From: a virus
Taxonomy: Duplodnaviria > Caudoviricetes
Virus record (IMG/VR): IMGVR_UViG_3300010048_000004
Location: 1 to 60,295 of that record
Strand: one strand, 5' to 3'
DNA length: 60,295 nt
Below the pieces are notes generated by a model. That model saw only the letters and a list, made by a program, of their open reading frames with translations. It ran no database searches and had not been told where the DNA came from. Made by a program: the position numbers and the translations under genes. Shown here piece by piece: positions 8,655 to 18,222 of this stretch; position 1 is the stretch's first letter, and every line of letters starts with the position of its first letter.

Positions 8655-8867
8655 ATGAGTTTCAAACCAGAAGTGATTGCAGACGACACCGGCCAGTGGC
8701 TTAGCAACGGCTTACGCTTTGCCACCAGGGAAGAGGCCGAAGCACAGGTGAAAGATTTGGAGTGGCGCTGGCATGCGGTGACTGACACCCGCGTGATCGA
8801 GTGTGACGATCCAGTGAGTCATCGCTTTGACTTCAAGTCGCGGGCCATCGAAACGGTGGAGCCGTGA
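8655..8867 (+). CDS. Hypothetical protein
   Basis: GAGGA RBS; MSFKPEVIADD..NGLRFATREEA. Confidence 0.7.
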   Translation: MSFKPEVIADDTGQWLSNGLRFATREEAEAQVKDLEWRWHAVTDTRVIECDDPVSHRFDFKSRAIETVEP

Positions 8868-9181
8868 TTTACTTCCGCATGTTGCACCCCCACGTCGATC
8901 CGGAGGTGCTGGGCTTCATCCCGACCTTTGTCAGCGAGCTAGACCCGCGCCCCGCCCGCGAGCAATTCGATGAGCATTACGCCCATGGCGGGGGCTGGCA
9001 TCTCATGCCGCACTGGGCCCTGATCGACGGGCCCGGCTATGTCATCAAGTACCCCGGCGACCGCCCGCTGCAGCCGCTGGCGCTCGCCAACTTCCGGCGC
9101 GAGACCATCTGCTTTTATGACGGTTCCTTTGTCGCGATTTTCCAAACGGACGGCAGCTTTGAGGTGGACCGCATGGATTGA
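8864..9181 (+). CDS. Hypothetical protein
   Basis: GTGA coupling; 105 aa. Confidence 0.7.
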   Translation: MIYFRMLHPHVDPEVLGFIPTFVSELDPRPAREQFDEHYAHGGGWHLMPHWALIDGPGYVIKYPGDRPLQPLALANFRRETICFYDGSFVAIFQTDGSFEVDRMD

Positions 9182-9553
9182 CCACCACCCCCAAAGGTAA
9201 GTGGACTAAATTACAGTAGTGTGAGTGTGAAACGGAACTTGATGCCCCGGTCAGAAAATGGCCGGGGTATTTTTTTGCGCAGCGTGATGTCTGGACAAAA
9301 CCAACGGTCGAAACGCGTGATGTTTTGTCTGACATCACGCATGGGTGGGCGGCACACAGCGCCGGACGCGATGACAGATTATCAGCGAGAGGGGTGCGCG
9401 AGCGAACCTAACAGCACCCGGCTCGATCTTAACAGGGCCCCAGGAGGCCCTCCAAAGCCCGCTGATGGGTGTTTTGGGATGGGACCGACAGGCGCGCACC
9501 AGGATCGACTCACACCCGGCACCCCGGCCTCGAAATCAGAAAATTGGCTCGCC

Positions 9554-9573
9554 GGGTTATATACGGGTTATAT
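9554..9573 (+). repeat. Integrase arm-type site pair, left
   Basis: GGGTTATATACGGGTTATAT, identical to 9830-9849, flanking the att core. Confidence 0.75.
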
Positions 9574-9613
9574 TGGCTGGAATGTCGGGGGGGTCTGTTG
9601 GAACGATGTTGTT

Positions 9614-9626
9614 TAAGTCTTTGATT
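9614..9626 (-). promoter_or_regulatory. IHF binding site in attP
   Basis: AATCAAAGACTTA matches WATCAANNNNTTR. Confidence 0.65.
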
Positions 9627-9631
9627 TTGTT

Positions 9632-9676
9632 TGGCTCCTCGGGTCCGGATCGAACGGACGGCCAACCGGTTAACAG
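9632..9676 (-). other. attP core: 3' half of tRNA-Asn(GTT)
   Basis: CTGTTAA anticodon loop, GTCCG-TTCGATC-CGGAC T-arm, acceptor strand, discriminator G and CCA; no 5' half; adjacent to the integrase. Confidence 0.9.
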
Positions 9677-9829
9677 GCGTTTGCGTGTGTGCTGAAGGCA
9701 CACTATAATGCGCAACAGAAACTAAGGAAAAACTCATCTAAGGCAACAAAATCAATAGTTCCATGAATTGTTTGGACTTGAGATGCTGTCGCCTTTGTAC
9801 TGCCTGATAACACCTGATTTTCTCAAACG

Positions 9830-9849
9830 GGGTTATATACGGGTTATAT
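9830..9849 (+). repeat. Integrase arm-type site pair, right
   Basis: Identical 20-mer to 9554-9573. Confidence 0.75.
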
Positions 9850-9896
9850 AATCCGACTGATTTTGACTTCTCACCAACCAGCAAAGGACGCGAAAA

Positions 9897-11321
9897 ATGG
9901 CTCAAGTTTTGGACAAGGAATTTCTCAAGACCGTCAAATGCCCGACGGACAAGGCCCAGCAAATTTATGCGGATTCCGACTACACCAATCTCATTTTGGT
10001 GGTGGCCAAGTCGGGCAAGAAAACGTGGCATTACAAGTACCGGCTTCCCACCGATAAGACGAAAACCCGCCTGCCGAAGATCGGCACCACGCTCGAATAC
10101 AAGACGCGGGAAATCGTCTGGGCGTGCGAAAAGCTCGCTGCCATCCGTGACGCGCTTAAGGCTGGAAAGGACCCCGAGGCGGTCGCGGCCAGTAAAATTC
10201 CGGAAAAGACATTTGGCGAACTGTGGAATGTGAAATGGGAGCAGCACACCAAGTTCCTTGATAGCGCCGATGAGGTGAAACGCATCATGGAGGTTGATGT
10301 CATCCCGGCCATCGGCAAGGTGCTCCTCAGCACCCTGGAGATCAGCCACGCCAAGCTGGTGACCGACCCCATCAAGTTTGGCACCGGCAAATATGCGGAC
10401 GGCTCGCCCAGAACCGAGCCCGCGCCCATCCAGGCCAACCGGGTTTTTGAGCAGGTGCGGGCGACGTGCCGGTGGGGGATCAAGAACGGTTACTTCCCCA
10501 AGGGCATGGGCAATCCCATCGAACTGATGGAGCGCCCCACCAAGAAGGAGCGCGACGATGACAAAGATCAGCGCTTCCTTGACCGGGGCGAGATCAGGAA
10601 ATTCTGGCTCATGATCGGCACCGTCATGTCCCATCCCCTGGCCCACGAATCCAACGTGCCCGACATTCTGCGGCTAGAGCTTTGCACTGGCCAGCGCCCA
10701 TCTGAATGCGCCTCCATCCGGGTGAAGGACATCAATCAAGAGACGCGGATGTGGACCCTCAACAGGGAGATGGTGAAGAACAACCGCAAGCACACGGTCT
10801 TTCTGAATGACATGGCGTGGGCGATTGTCGAGCCTCGCATCGCTGCCGCACATGGCAAGAGCAAATACCTCTTTCCCAACAGCAAGGGCGAATGGACCAA
10901 AGTCGATAACATCGATCAGGCGGTGAGCCGTCTCTGCGCGCTTCCCAAAAGCGAAATGGATAAGCCGGAAGATGAGCGCGACCGGACCAGCAATCGCATT
11001 GGCATCGCCAAGTTCACGCCTCATGCGCTGCGCCACACTTTCGTGACTCAGATGCTCAACGATGAGAACGAGGAGGAACTAGGCTTCTCCGAGAAAACCG
11101 TCAGCCGTCTTGTCAATCACGTGAGCGGCGTGAGCAAGGATGGCGAGCAGAAGCCAAAAAAGCAGACCGTCACCGGCAAGGTCTATGACCACAACACTTA
11201 TGAACGCACAATGGTGCGCGCAATGATGAAGTGGAATAACTGGCTGCAGAAGGTGATCAGCGAAGAGCCGCAAGCTCCCAAGATGCCAATCTTCCGCCTT
11301 ATCAAGAACGAGGCCGCGTGA
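9897..11321 (+). CDS. int: Tyrosine recombinase (integrase)
   Basis: N-terminal arm-binding domain; TGQRPSE, HALRH, VNH and VYD catalytic motifs. Confidence 0.95.
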   Translation: MAQVLDKEFLKTVKCPTDKAQQIYADSDYTNLILVVAKSGKKTWHYKYRLPTDKTKTRLPKIGTTLEYKTREIVWACEKLAAIRDALKAGKDPEAVAASKIPEKTFGELWNVKWEQHTKFLDSADEVKRIMEVDVIPAIGKVLLSTLEISHAKLVTDPIKFGTGKYADGSPRTEPAPIQANRVFEQVRATCRWGIKNGYFPKGMGNPIELMERPTKKERDDDKDQRFLDRGEIRKFWLMIGTVMSHPLAHESNVPDILRLELCTGQRPSECASIRVKDINQETRMWTLNREMVKNNRKHTVFLNDMAWAIVEPRIAAAHGKSKYLFPNSKGEWTKVDNIDQAVSRLCALPKSEMDKPEDERDRTSNRIGIAKFTPHALRHTFVTQMLNDENEEELGFSEKTVSRLVNHVSGVSKDGEQKPKKQTVTGKVYDHNTYERTMVRAMMKWNNWLQKVISEEPQAPKMPIFRLIKNEAA

Positions 11322-11367
11322 TGATGAAATCGGCCTAGCTGTACTTTTCCTGCACACGTGGATTAGG

Positions 11368-11399
11368 ATGGGCGGTGATCTCTCACCGCCCATTTTTTT
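11368..11399 (+). terminator. Intrinsic terminator after int
   Basis: ATGGGCGGTGA / TCACCGCCCAT plus T-tract. Confidence 0.85.
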
Positions 11400-11414
11400 C
11401 GAAAGGACGACTTA

Positions 11415-11696
11415 ATGAAAATAACATTCTATCACACCCGCCATTCGTGCGGGCATTCGGTGTACTGGGCTGATCCAGATGTTGGCATGGGAGTCGCCAA
11501 TTGGCCGTGCCCGTGGTGCGGCGCGGAGACCGGCATTCATGTAGAGGACGACATGATTTCCATGAGCGGGGTGCTGGTGGCGCGCCGCTACAATCCGGAC
11601 GGCACCTTTCCGTGGCCGGACGACTGGAAGAAGCCGGATAAAATCATTGTGCGGCACATGACCGGCGACGTGTGCTGTGATGGAGCGAAACAATGA
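11415..11696 (+). CDS. Cys/His-rich hypothetical protein
   Basis: TCGAAAGGAC RBS; HSCGH and CPWC. Confidence 0.65.
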   Translation: MKITFYHTRHSCGHSVYWADPDVGMGVANWPCPWCGAETGIHVEDDMISMSGVLVARRYNPDGTFPWPDDWKKPDKIIVRHMTGDVCCDGAKQ

Positions 11697-12184
11697 TTTA
11701 CACCAAATCGCAGACCGCTCAGATGGTGGCGAGCGGTGCACATATTGAAACTTTTCAGCATGCCACGCTTGGCACGTTTGACGTCTCCCTGACACGCAAG
11801 ATCATCGCGCGGTTTCCATCACGCTTTCCGGTCGGTTGGGCATGGTTTGAGGACATGCGGGCCGATGGTCATCCGGAATTAATTGGGCCCGAGGTGATGG
11901 CGTGGATTTTTTCACAGCGTGAGATATGCCCCATCCGCCGCGATGAGTTGACGGAAGAGCAGCTAAATGATCCGGCAATCAACTTAATCGATGATCAAGG
12001 TGGCAGTTACATCATCGATGGCATTCATCGCATAGCGGCGCGCTTTAAACGGGGCTATCCGAATTTTTCACTCTATTCGATGCCACTGAAAATCGCGCCG
12101 CGCGTGCCTGAAGGATTCGAAGATTTTAAAGTGCAATGGGGCGAGATGGAAGTGCGCGACGGCCAACTGGTGAAGCGCAGATGA
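11693..12184 (+). CDS. ParB/Srx-like domain protein
   Basis: P(I)...YIIDGIHRIAA motif. Confidence 0.55.
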   Translation: MIYTKSQTAQMVASGAHIETFQHATLGTFDVSLTRKIIARFPSRFPVGWAWFEDMRADGHPELIGPEVMAWIFSQREICPIRRDELTEEQLNDPAINLIDDQGGSYIIDGIHRIAARFKRGYPNFSLYSMPLKIAPRVPEGFEDFKVQWGEMEVRDGQLVKRR

Positions 12185-12387
12185 ACCGCACGGTCGAGTC
12201 GAATCTCTTGGATAGCAAAGCCGCCGCAAAATTTTTAGGTGTCAGCTTTCGCTCTCTGGAAGGCTGGCGGGTCAAAGGGTTCGGACCGAAATTTGTCAAG
12301 CTTGGCAAATTGGTACGCTACAGACCGGCTGAATTAACCCAGTGGCTCAATAAACGAACGAGGAGTCACACGGTGAAGCGCAAATAA
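12181..12387 (+). CDS. Excisionase-like HTH protein
   Basis: LLDSKAAAKFLGVS...WR..GFGPKFVKLGKLVRY. Confidence 0.8.
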   Translation: MNRTVESNLLDSKAAAKFLGVSFRSLEGWRVKGFGPKFVKLGKLVRYRPAELTQWLNKRTRSHTVKRK

Positions 12388-12419
12388 AAAGGACTGGGTG
12401 AGGGTAACACCCGGTCCTT
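12388..12419. terminator. Terminator between convergent operons
   Basis: AAGGACTGGGTG / CACCCGGTCCTT stem. Confidence 0.65.
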
Positions 12420-12455
12420 CCTCGCCTGTCCAGGCTAGTCAGCGAGGAGTGTCGC

Positions 12456-13250
12456 TTACGGACAGACGAATCGCTTGCTGTCACGCGCTCCCAAGCGTTT
12501 GAACATCGCCAGCTTCTCGCGATCCTTCTGCGAGAACACCAGGAGCCAGCCGGGGTTGCCCAGGCTCATTTTAAATTCGAGATGCGCGCCCATTGCCTTG
12601 CCGAGGTCGAGCATCCGTTCGATCTCCTGCATTGATACGGTGATGATAGCGATGTTGAGCTTGTAATTGTCCATCGCATCTTCGTGGACTTCCTCTGAAC
12701 TGGGATTTTCGCCGCGCAGCGCGCGCACGACCCTTTCATGGAACGCTGCTTTGTACTTCGCCGCACCGATCAGAATGTTATTGATAGACGATCCGGTGTT
12801 GAACCCAAGCGCCACACCAGCGCTGTGGCGAATACCATTGTGGCGTTCAATAAGGTCGGCCAGTGGCACCGGAACATTTTTGAAAGTCACAGGTTTTTTA
12901 CCTGCAACACTAGGCAGCTTGAGAGTACGCTTGGCACCATCCCACGGCGGGATGGATTCAGAGCTTCTCGGCGGCGTCCGCTCAAGCCCGCCGCCAACGC
13001 GCGCTGGCGATGCTTCGTCATGCGCGGAGCCATTGCCGTAGGACGCGGCCTTGGCTTCAATATCAACAGCAAATTTTGCAGCCATGCTGCCGCCATGTAT
13101 CCAGCGTGCAATGGTGCTTTTGTCGAACTTCAGCGCGGCGGCGGCTTGCCTGATGCCGCCTTCATGTTCGACCACCCTTTGCAAAGCTGGCGATGTGCAT
13201 TTCGAGAAGTCGATTTTTCTTTTCAGTGCCATTTCATTGTTCCCCTTCAT
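12456..13250 (-). CDS. Cro-like HTH-containing protein
   Basis: GGIRQAAAALKFDKSTIARW, plus a second degenerate HTH. Confidence 0.6.
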   Translation of the reverse strand: MKGNNEMALKRKIDFSKCTSPALQRVVEHEGGIRQAAAALKFDKSTIARWIHGGSMAAKFAVDIEAKAASYGNGSAHDEASPARVGGGLERTPPRSSESIPPWDGAKRTLKLPSVAGKKPVTFKNVPVPLADLIERHNGIRHSAGVALGFNTGSSINNILIGAAKYKAAFHERVVRALRGENPSSEEVHEDAMDNYKLNIAIITVSMQEIERMLDLGKAMGAHLEFKMSLGNPGWLLVFSQKDREKLAMFKRLGARDSKRFVCP

Positions 13251-13570
13251 TTAAGTTCGGTGCCATCGTCGCGCACAAGCTGGAAGCGACAGCCCATTGC
13301 TTCCGCAACGAATTTCATTGTGATGTGGTGCGGATGCAGCGTGTCGCCAAAGAACCAATTCCTGATGGTGGAAATATGGACGCCGCTCTTCTCACTTAGC
13401 ATCTGCAGAAAGTGGTGCGGAAGATTATGTCCACCGAGGCGTTGGCATTCGGTGCGCAACAACTGAATCGTTTCGTCCTTTTCGGTTAGCTGAAAGCGAT
13501 ATTCGCCACCGGGCAGCTTGCGATCCGCCTTGACGTTGACGATCTTCTTCTTTGCTTTGTCTTTTGCCAA
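13247..13570 (-). CDS. HTH DNA-binding protein
   Basis: TTG start after GGGAGG; LSEKSGVHISTIRNWFFGDT. Confidence 0.65.
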   Translation of the reverse strand: MAKDKAKKKIVNVKADRKLPGGEYRFQLTEKDETIQLLRTECQRLGGHNLPHHFLQMLSEKSGVHISTIRNWFFGDTLHPHHITMKFVAEAMGCRFQLVRDDGTELK

Positions 13571-13604
13571 ACTGCCTCCCACCCCCAAAAGGATTTCGGA
13601 AAGT

Positions 13605-13658
13605 GTACGCTAGACGTACACAATCTGCCAACCGCTAAACAGTGTTCTCTTTTCGTAC
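13605..13658. promoter_or_regulatory. Two GTWC-N7-GTAC operator boxes
   Basis: GTAC-GCTAGAC-GTAC at 13605-13619 and GTTC-TCTTTTC-GTAC at 13644-13658. Confidence 0.65.
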
Positions 13659-13764
13659 TATCAGCGGGCCGCGATAATTGCGCAGGCCACCAAGCCCAAG
13701 GTGATGAAAATAACCAGCCATTGAGCAAAGGAAAGGTCGGAGGCGGCAATCATGAAAGCCTCCC

Positions 13765-14196
13765 CTATCTGGTGTGCTTCCAACGAGCCACATGCTCATC
13801 GGCAATCGGTTTTCCGGTCGGCCCACGGCATGTCAGCCCAGGCGACGCGCCGCATTTCGGGCATGTGTTCTGACGGCGGTAATCGTTCTGACGGTTCTGT
13901 GGCTTGGGACGCTCATGCGGCAGTACGCCAGTCTCAAGATATTCCTGCTCGCGAACCGCGAAGCCCTTTGGATCGCGCCGCCGATCTTCGTCGTACCAGC
14001 CAAGGCGCCAGCTAATCGACATGTCATTGTCAATGAATGGCGGGCAATCATCTAGCCCAAGACCAACCGCGCGAGCCGTGCGCCCCTCGCGCGTGACACT
14101 GTGCATGACCTTCAGTTCGGCTTTCGCGGCGAACCCAGCACCGAAGATGCTATCGATTTGTGCAGGCGTCATAATGAAATCGGCCAGGTTAATCAT
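13765..14196 (-). CDS. Hypothetical protein with C-terminal zinc finger
   Basis: CPKCGASPGLTC...H motif; AAGGGGA RBS. Confidence 0.6.
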   Translation of the reverse strand: MINLADFIMTPAQIDSIFGAGFAAKAELKVMHSVTREGRTARAVGLGLDDCPPFIDNDMSISWRLGWYDEDRRRDPKGFAVREQEYLETGVLPHERPKPQNRQNDYRRQNTCPKCGASPGLTCRGPTGKPIADEHVARWKHTR

Positions 14197-14205
14197 GGGT
14201 CCCCT

Positions 14206-14514
14206 TTAATTCCACTCGGTTTCCGCCCAGGTCTTGCCCTGGGCGATGATTGCGGCCTTCACCGCGCGCATGAAGTCGGCAAGGGCGCGGCGCTCAATCG
14301 GTTTCGCGCCAAGCTTCACGGCGATCACACGTTTCGCCTTGCAAATGTCGTAGTGCGGAAAGCTGACCCTCGGGTTCATCGGATGCTGGTAATGCTTCCG
14401 CGCGACCCCAATCTTGTCGGCCATCGCGTCCAATTCGGCGCGAGTGTTGGCAAGCATGTGGCACATCACCATGCGCCCATATCCGTTCACCGCTGCATCA
14501 ACATATACCGCCAT
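14206..14514 (-). CDS. DUF4031-like protein
   Basis: VYVD...MCHMLA..EL..MA..IG...PHYDI motif. Confidence 0.8.
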   Translation of the reverse strand: MAVYVDAAVNGYGRMVMCHMLANTRAELDAMADKIGVARKHYQHPMNPRVSFPHYDICKAKRVIAVKLGAKPIERRALADFMRAVKAAIIAQGKTWAETEWN

Positions 14515-14523
14515 ATCGTCCCG

Positions 14524-14751
14524 TTAATGATTGGCTTTTAGCTGGGACCGGCCAGCATCCGTGATTGCAACCGCGCCATCAAAGTCATAGACGAAGCCGC
14601 GCTCTATCAGGCTGTCGCAGACGCGGTTCCACCATTTGTTTTCGGGTCGCACGATCCCTTGGCCCTTCGGGATATTGCCGATGGCCTTCAAGACTTCGCG
14701 CTGTGGCAAATCCAAGCCGTCAGCTTCGGTGTGTGGGCGCACGCTAAACAT
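14524..14751 (-). CDS. Small winged-helix-like protein
   Basis: SLIERGFV...ITDAGR; RBS present. Confidence 0.55.
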   Translation of the reverse strand: MFSVRPHTEADGLDLPQREVLKAIGNIPKGQGIVRPENKWWNRVCDSLIERGFVYDFDGAVAITDAGRSQLKANH

Positions 14752-14762
14752 CGTCGGTCCCC

Positions 14763-15032
14763 TTAATGTGTGGTCGGCACGCGGTGCTGCGTCGCCATAA
14801 GGTCAATGATCGAATGTCCGGCTTTGGCCCAGTCATCAGTGCGACCGCGAGCGATGGCAAATGCGTAATGAAGGTACAGTCCGTCAAGCATCATGCGGAG
14901 CGCGTCCTGCGCTCTCGCCAATTCAGTTAGCGGGGCGTCCACAGGCCAAGCGACTACAGGGACAATGCGCGACGACAGGAACCAATCGCGCTCATGCCTC
15001 AGAAAATAGTCAATAGGACCGTGGTGTAGCAT
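14763..15032 (-). CDS. Hypothetical protein
   Basis: AAGGGGA RBS; operon packing. Confidence 0.5.
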   Translation of the reverse strand: MLHHGPIDYFLRHERDWFLSSRIVPVVAWPVDAPLTELARAQDALRMMLDGLYLHYAFAIARGRTDDWAKAGHSIIDLMATQHRVPTTH

Positions 15033-15175
15033 CGATTCATCCCCTTACTTGATGCGCTTGAACGCACCGTCATAAAAATGCCAGCCGTGGCAAAATATGA
15101 AAATGCACCAGCCCCCTGCGGCTGATTCATATACCCAGAAAATCCTTCGCCACGGAAAGAGCCTCATGTGGTCCA

Positions 15176-15823
15176 TTAAAGCGGGATATCATCCTCAAAC
15201 TCCGGTGGAGTGTCGTCCTCTGCCGAAGCGAGGGGTGGATTGCTCTTTGCGGTGGTGCCTGGGACGTTAAGTTTGGCGAACTCGGGTGATTGGGCGATCA
15301 CCTGCTTGAGGCCATCGGGCAGAGCGTCGAACTTCATCTTGTCGAAGTCATCCGGTGTGAGCCAGATGAAGATTTCCTGATTGAACAGCGGTGGCACCTT
15401 GATGCTTTTGTGCGGGCGGGTGACGGCGGTGATGTTGGAATAGGTGCGTCCGTTTTTCGACACCACATGCACGATATTGATCATGCAAGCCTTGCCCAGC
15501 ACCTGCTTGATGTCGAACCCGGTCTTGTCGTCAAAGTCCGATTCCTTGAACGGCACACCGCGCCAACTTTCCAGCACCGCCCTGAGTTTGGCGTTCTCTT
15601 GCATGCTCCAGGTGTATTTCTGCGAGATCATGAATGGACGCTGATCGTCCATCTTCTCTTCGGGCAATTCCCAAGCGATGCGGACTTTGCGGCGGGTGCT
15701 TTTGGAGCCCTGGTACTCTTCAACCTGAGTGCCGAGATCGACCACCTGAAAGCAGATGCCGACATGATTTCCTGCCGGGACTAAAGTGTATTGACGTTCT
15801 GTAGGTTTCGGTAGCACGGGCAT
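15176..15823 (-). CDS. Putative single-stranded DNA-binding protein
   Basis: VPAGNH...VDLGTQ fold; acidic tail FEDDIPL; adjacent to the exonuclease. Confidence 0.7.
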   Translation of the reverse strand: MPVLPKPTERQYTLVPAGNHVGICFQVVDLGTQVEEYQGSKSTRRKVRIAWELPEEKMDDQRPFMISQKYTWSMQENAKLRAVLESWRGVPFKESDFDDKTGFDIKQVLGKACMINIVHVVSKNGRTYSNITAVTRPHKSIKVPPLFNQEIFIWLTPDDFDKMKFDALPDGLKQVIAQSPEFAKLNVPGTTAKSNPPLASAEDDTPPEFEDDIPL

Positions 15824-16027
15824 TTAGATGTTCTCCTTTTCGTGGTGTCCATAACCGCCAACCAATGGCCCATGAAATTCCATGATGAGATCGCGGCCAA
15901 CTCTCAGGCGGATGCTTTTGTGGTAGAAACCCCCAGTCGAAGTGTGCGTCGTCTCCGCGCAAGTTCGCATTTGCTCTTCCAGCGCCTTGTAGGCTTCGTA
16001 ATCGAGATGGATGTATTGCACGATCAT
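15824..16027 (-). CDS. Hypothetical protein
   Basis: ATGA coupling with the exonuclease gene. Confidence 0.55.
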   Translation of the reverse strand: MIVQYIHLDYEAYKALEEQMRTCAETTHTSTGGFYHKSIRLRVGRDLIMEFHGPLVGGYGHHEKENI

Positions 16028-16758
16028 TGAGCGCGCTTCCTGAGTTCTTTGTCGTTCTCGTAAAGCTCGCGCATCAGCAGGAAAGACTTCTTCGCGGTTT
16101 CGAGTTCGCCCCACCAGTGATGCTTGAAGTCGCCATAGGTCTTGTCGAAGCGGAGCAGATGAAAGCCGCCGTCAATCGGCTTGTCGGGGAAATTCTCTTC
16201 CCACAAAATCCGATAGGCGGCGAGTTGGCAGAGCATTTCGCCATAGACGGCGTTGGAGGTTTTCCAATCGCCCATCGCGCGCTTGCCTTGCACCAGGATG
16301 CAATCGAAGGTGCCGCCGAAGCGATATGTCTCCGAGACAAGGGGAAGCTCCGTCTCCACGATCTCCAGCTTGGTTTGCTTGGCCCATTCCAGGAAGGCGT
16401 CGAACGACTTCTCCGCGCGGCGCACCACTTCTTCCTGGCCGCTAAAGACTATCGGCTCCTGCTTGACCCAGTGCTCCACGGCGGCGTGAGCCAAGGTGCC
16501 CGCATCCGCCGCGCTATCGCGCACATCGCGGTAATTGGAAGCGCTTTGCGCACACAGCTTCGCCACATCGCTGAGTGCGATCCAGTCCTGACGAAGCAGT
16601 TTGCATTGCTCTTGCGCATTGTCGTTGACGTACTTCCCGGCCATGCGCGCGGCCCAGTCGATCAATGCATTGCTTTCCTTGAAGCGCGAAAGGATCGTGG
16701 TGACGGACGGCACGCGCTCACCGGATTTGAGATAGTAACCAGCTTTCTGTGTGGGCAT
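16024..16758 (-). CDS. PD-(D/E)XK recombination exonuclease
   Basis: PSVTTIL, GTLAH, GTFD...DWKT and QLAAY motifs. Confidence 0.85.
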   Translation of the reverse strand: MPTQKAGYYLKSGERVPSVTTILSRFKESNALIDWAARMAGKYVNDNAQEQCKLLRQDWIALSDVAKLCAQSASNYRDVRDSAADAGTLAHAAVEHWVKQEPIVFSGQEEVVRRAEKSFDAFLEWAKQTKLEIVETELPLVSETYRFGGTFDCILVQGKRAMGDWKTSNAVYGEMLCQLAAYRILWEENFPDKPIDGGFHLLRFDKTYGDFKHHWWGELETAKKSFLLMRELYENDKELRKRAQ

Positions 16759-16842
16759 TTATTTGATCCCCGAGATGAGTGCCATCAAACCAATCGCCAC
16801 GGCGGCGATGATCAATAATGCGGAGAGAATTTCGCGAAGCAT

Positions 16843-17436
16843 TTACACCCGCGCAGAGAGAGCCGCGCGCTCCACTTCGGTCAGATTCCATGCCGCGCAC
16901 ACCAGCCAGAGGTCGCCCTTGCCGAAGCGGCGAATGAGGATCGGATCAACCGGCACGCTCCTGGTCCATTCGGCTTCCCATAGAATGTGATAGTTCTGCA
17001 GGCCGCGCTTGGGGCGTTTGTCGATAGGGATGATCGGCACCAGCGCTTCATGCTTCCAGCCGGTATCGACATTGGGGAAAGTACCGGCGCTGAAGCGAAA
17101 CACGCGATTGCGGTTTTCCCAGCCCTCGCGGCTAGGCCATGTCGCGCGGCGCGCGTTGGGGTCCATAAAGTATCCGCTGCCGTTGCTGACACCGGTAAAC
17201 TGACACAGCTTCATGTCGGCGCGCACGATGGCGAGTTTCGGCAGGCGCTGCGCGTTCAATCCGGCAAGTTTGATCGACTCCAGCGCCTTGATGACAGTGC
17301 GGCCCTGGGCGATGCGCTGATAGGCGTGCTGGATTTCGAGATCGACCGGCGCGCTCCAGTGCTGATGCTTCTGGTATTCGCGATATTTTTCACGCGCGAC
17401 CAAAGGTGAGATGTTAAGAGTTGCCAGATTTTCCAT
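16843..17436 (-). CDS. Hypothetical protein
   Basis: 197 aa; ILWEAEW..PVDPIL..W motif. Confidence 0.7.
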   Translation of the reverse strand: MENLATLNISPLVAREKYREYQKHQHWSAPVDLEIQHAYQRIAQGRTVIKALESIKLAGLNAQRLPKLAIVRADMKLCQFTGVSNGSGYFMDPNARRATWPSREGWENRNRVFRFSAGTFPNVDTGWKHEALVPIIPIDKRPKRGLQNYHILWEAEWTRSVPVDPILIRRFGKGDLWLVCAAWNLTEVERAALSARV

Positions 17437-17443
17437 GACGGCC

Positions 17444-17872
17444 TCATTTTTTTGGGGTTGGTGTCATCATTGCTTCCAATGCTTCCTGACAATCGGATAA
17501 GCGCCAGCGGGCGATGTTGCGGCCCAGTTTGATGGGCGGCGGAATTTTGCCGGTGTGAGACCATTTCCAAATCGTTCCCACCGTGAGCGGCTTGGCGGGC
17601 CCGCCGAAAAACGCCGCCACTTCTTTCACCGTGAGCAGGGTGTCGTGCTTGTCCGGCACCAGGGGCGACACCAGCTTGACTTGCGTTCGCTGCCGTTCCG
17701 CCCAGGTGATGAGGTCGGACGGGCGGTAAAGCGCTTTGCGCATATAGACCGAATAGCGCGGGCCGGTGCCTTTGTGGGCCAGGGTGGCGAGCGCTTCCTT
17801 GGTGGTGGGATAACCGGCCTCGGACAACACTCCCGCCGCTTCCTCGCGGGTGAGGAATTTTTCCTTGTTCAC
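17444..17872 (-). CDS. Tandem Xis/AlpA-like HTH protein
   Basis: Two MerR-like winged HTH units (LTREEAA..GTGP; LLTVKEVA..IPPPIKLG..RW). Confidence 0.75.
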   Translation of the reverse strand: MNKEKFLTREEAAGVLSEAGYPTTKEALATLAHKGTGPRYSVYMRKALYRPSDLITWAERQRTQVKLVSPLVPDKHDTLLTVKEVAAFFGGPAKPLTVGTIWKWSHTGKIPPPIKLGRNIARWRLSDCQEALEAMMTPTPKK

Positions 17873-18117
17873 TGGCTGTCATTCGCCAGCACCAGCGCCA
17901 GTGCGGCCCCATTGTTGGCCTCATCGAGGCGTAGCTGGGCAGCCATCACGAACAGGCGCAACCCGGTATGCTCAAGTTCCCAAGCCCGCTTTTCGATGAT
18001 CGACAAGCCGGGCGGCTCCAGATGCCGCGCCCAGGCGTTGAGCGCATTGTCGCGCGCCTGCTTTAAACTTGATGGTTGTTTTGATGATGTCTGAGCATCG
18101 GGGAGATTGATCAGCAT
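17869..18117 (-). CDS. Hypothetical protein
   Basis: GTGA coupling with the next gene; start uncertain. Confidence 0.4.
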   Translation of the reverse strand: MLINLPDAQTSSKQPSSLKQARDNALNAWARHLEPPGLSIIEKRAWELEHTGLRLFVMAAQLRLDEANNGAALALVLANDSQ

Positions 18118-18222
18118 CCATTTTGTGTACGCGGGTACAACACAAAAGGTCAATCGCTCACGCGATCAAGTTTCACGTGAAACACGTAATAATCAACTCA
18201 TGCGTTAAATTCTACTTTGACG

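Noticed and set aside
9632-9705. Complete tRNA-Asn gene
   Set aside because: The 5' half (acceptor strand, D-arm, 5' anticodon stem) is absent; it is an att core
9738-10646. Long antisense ORFs (here and e.g. 16027-16818, 57447-58541)
   Set aside because: Shadows of real GC-rich genes on the opposite strand, with no protein-like motifs
18127-18138. GTAC-N4-GTAC, and GTTC-N6-GTAC at 33511
   Set aside because: Spacing does not fit the N7 operator consensus
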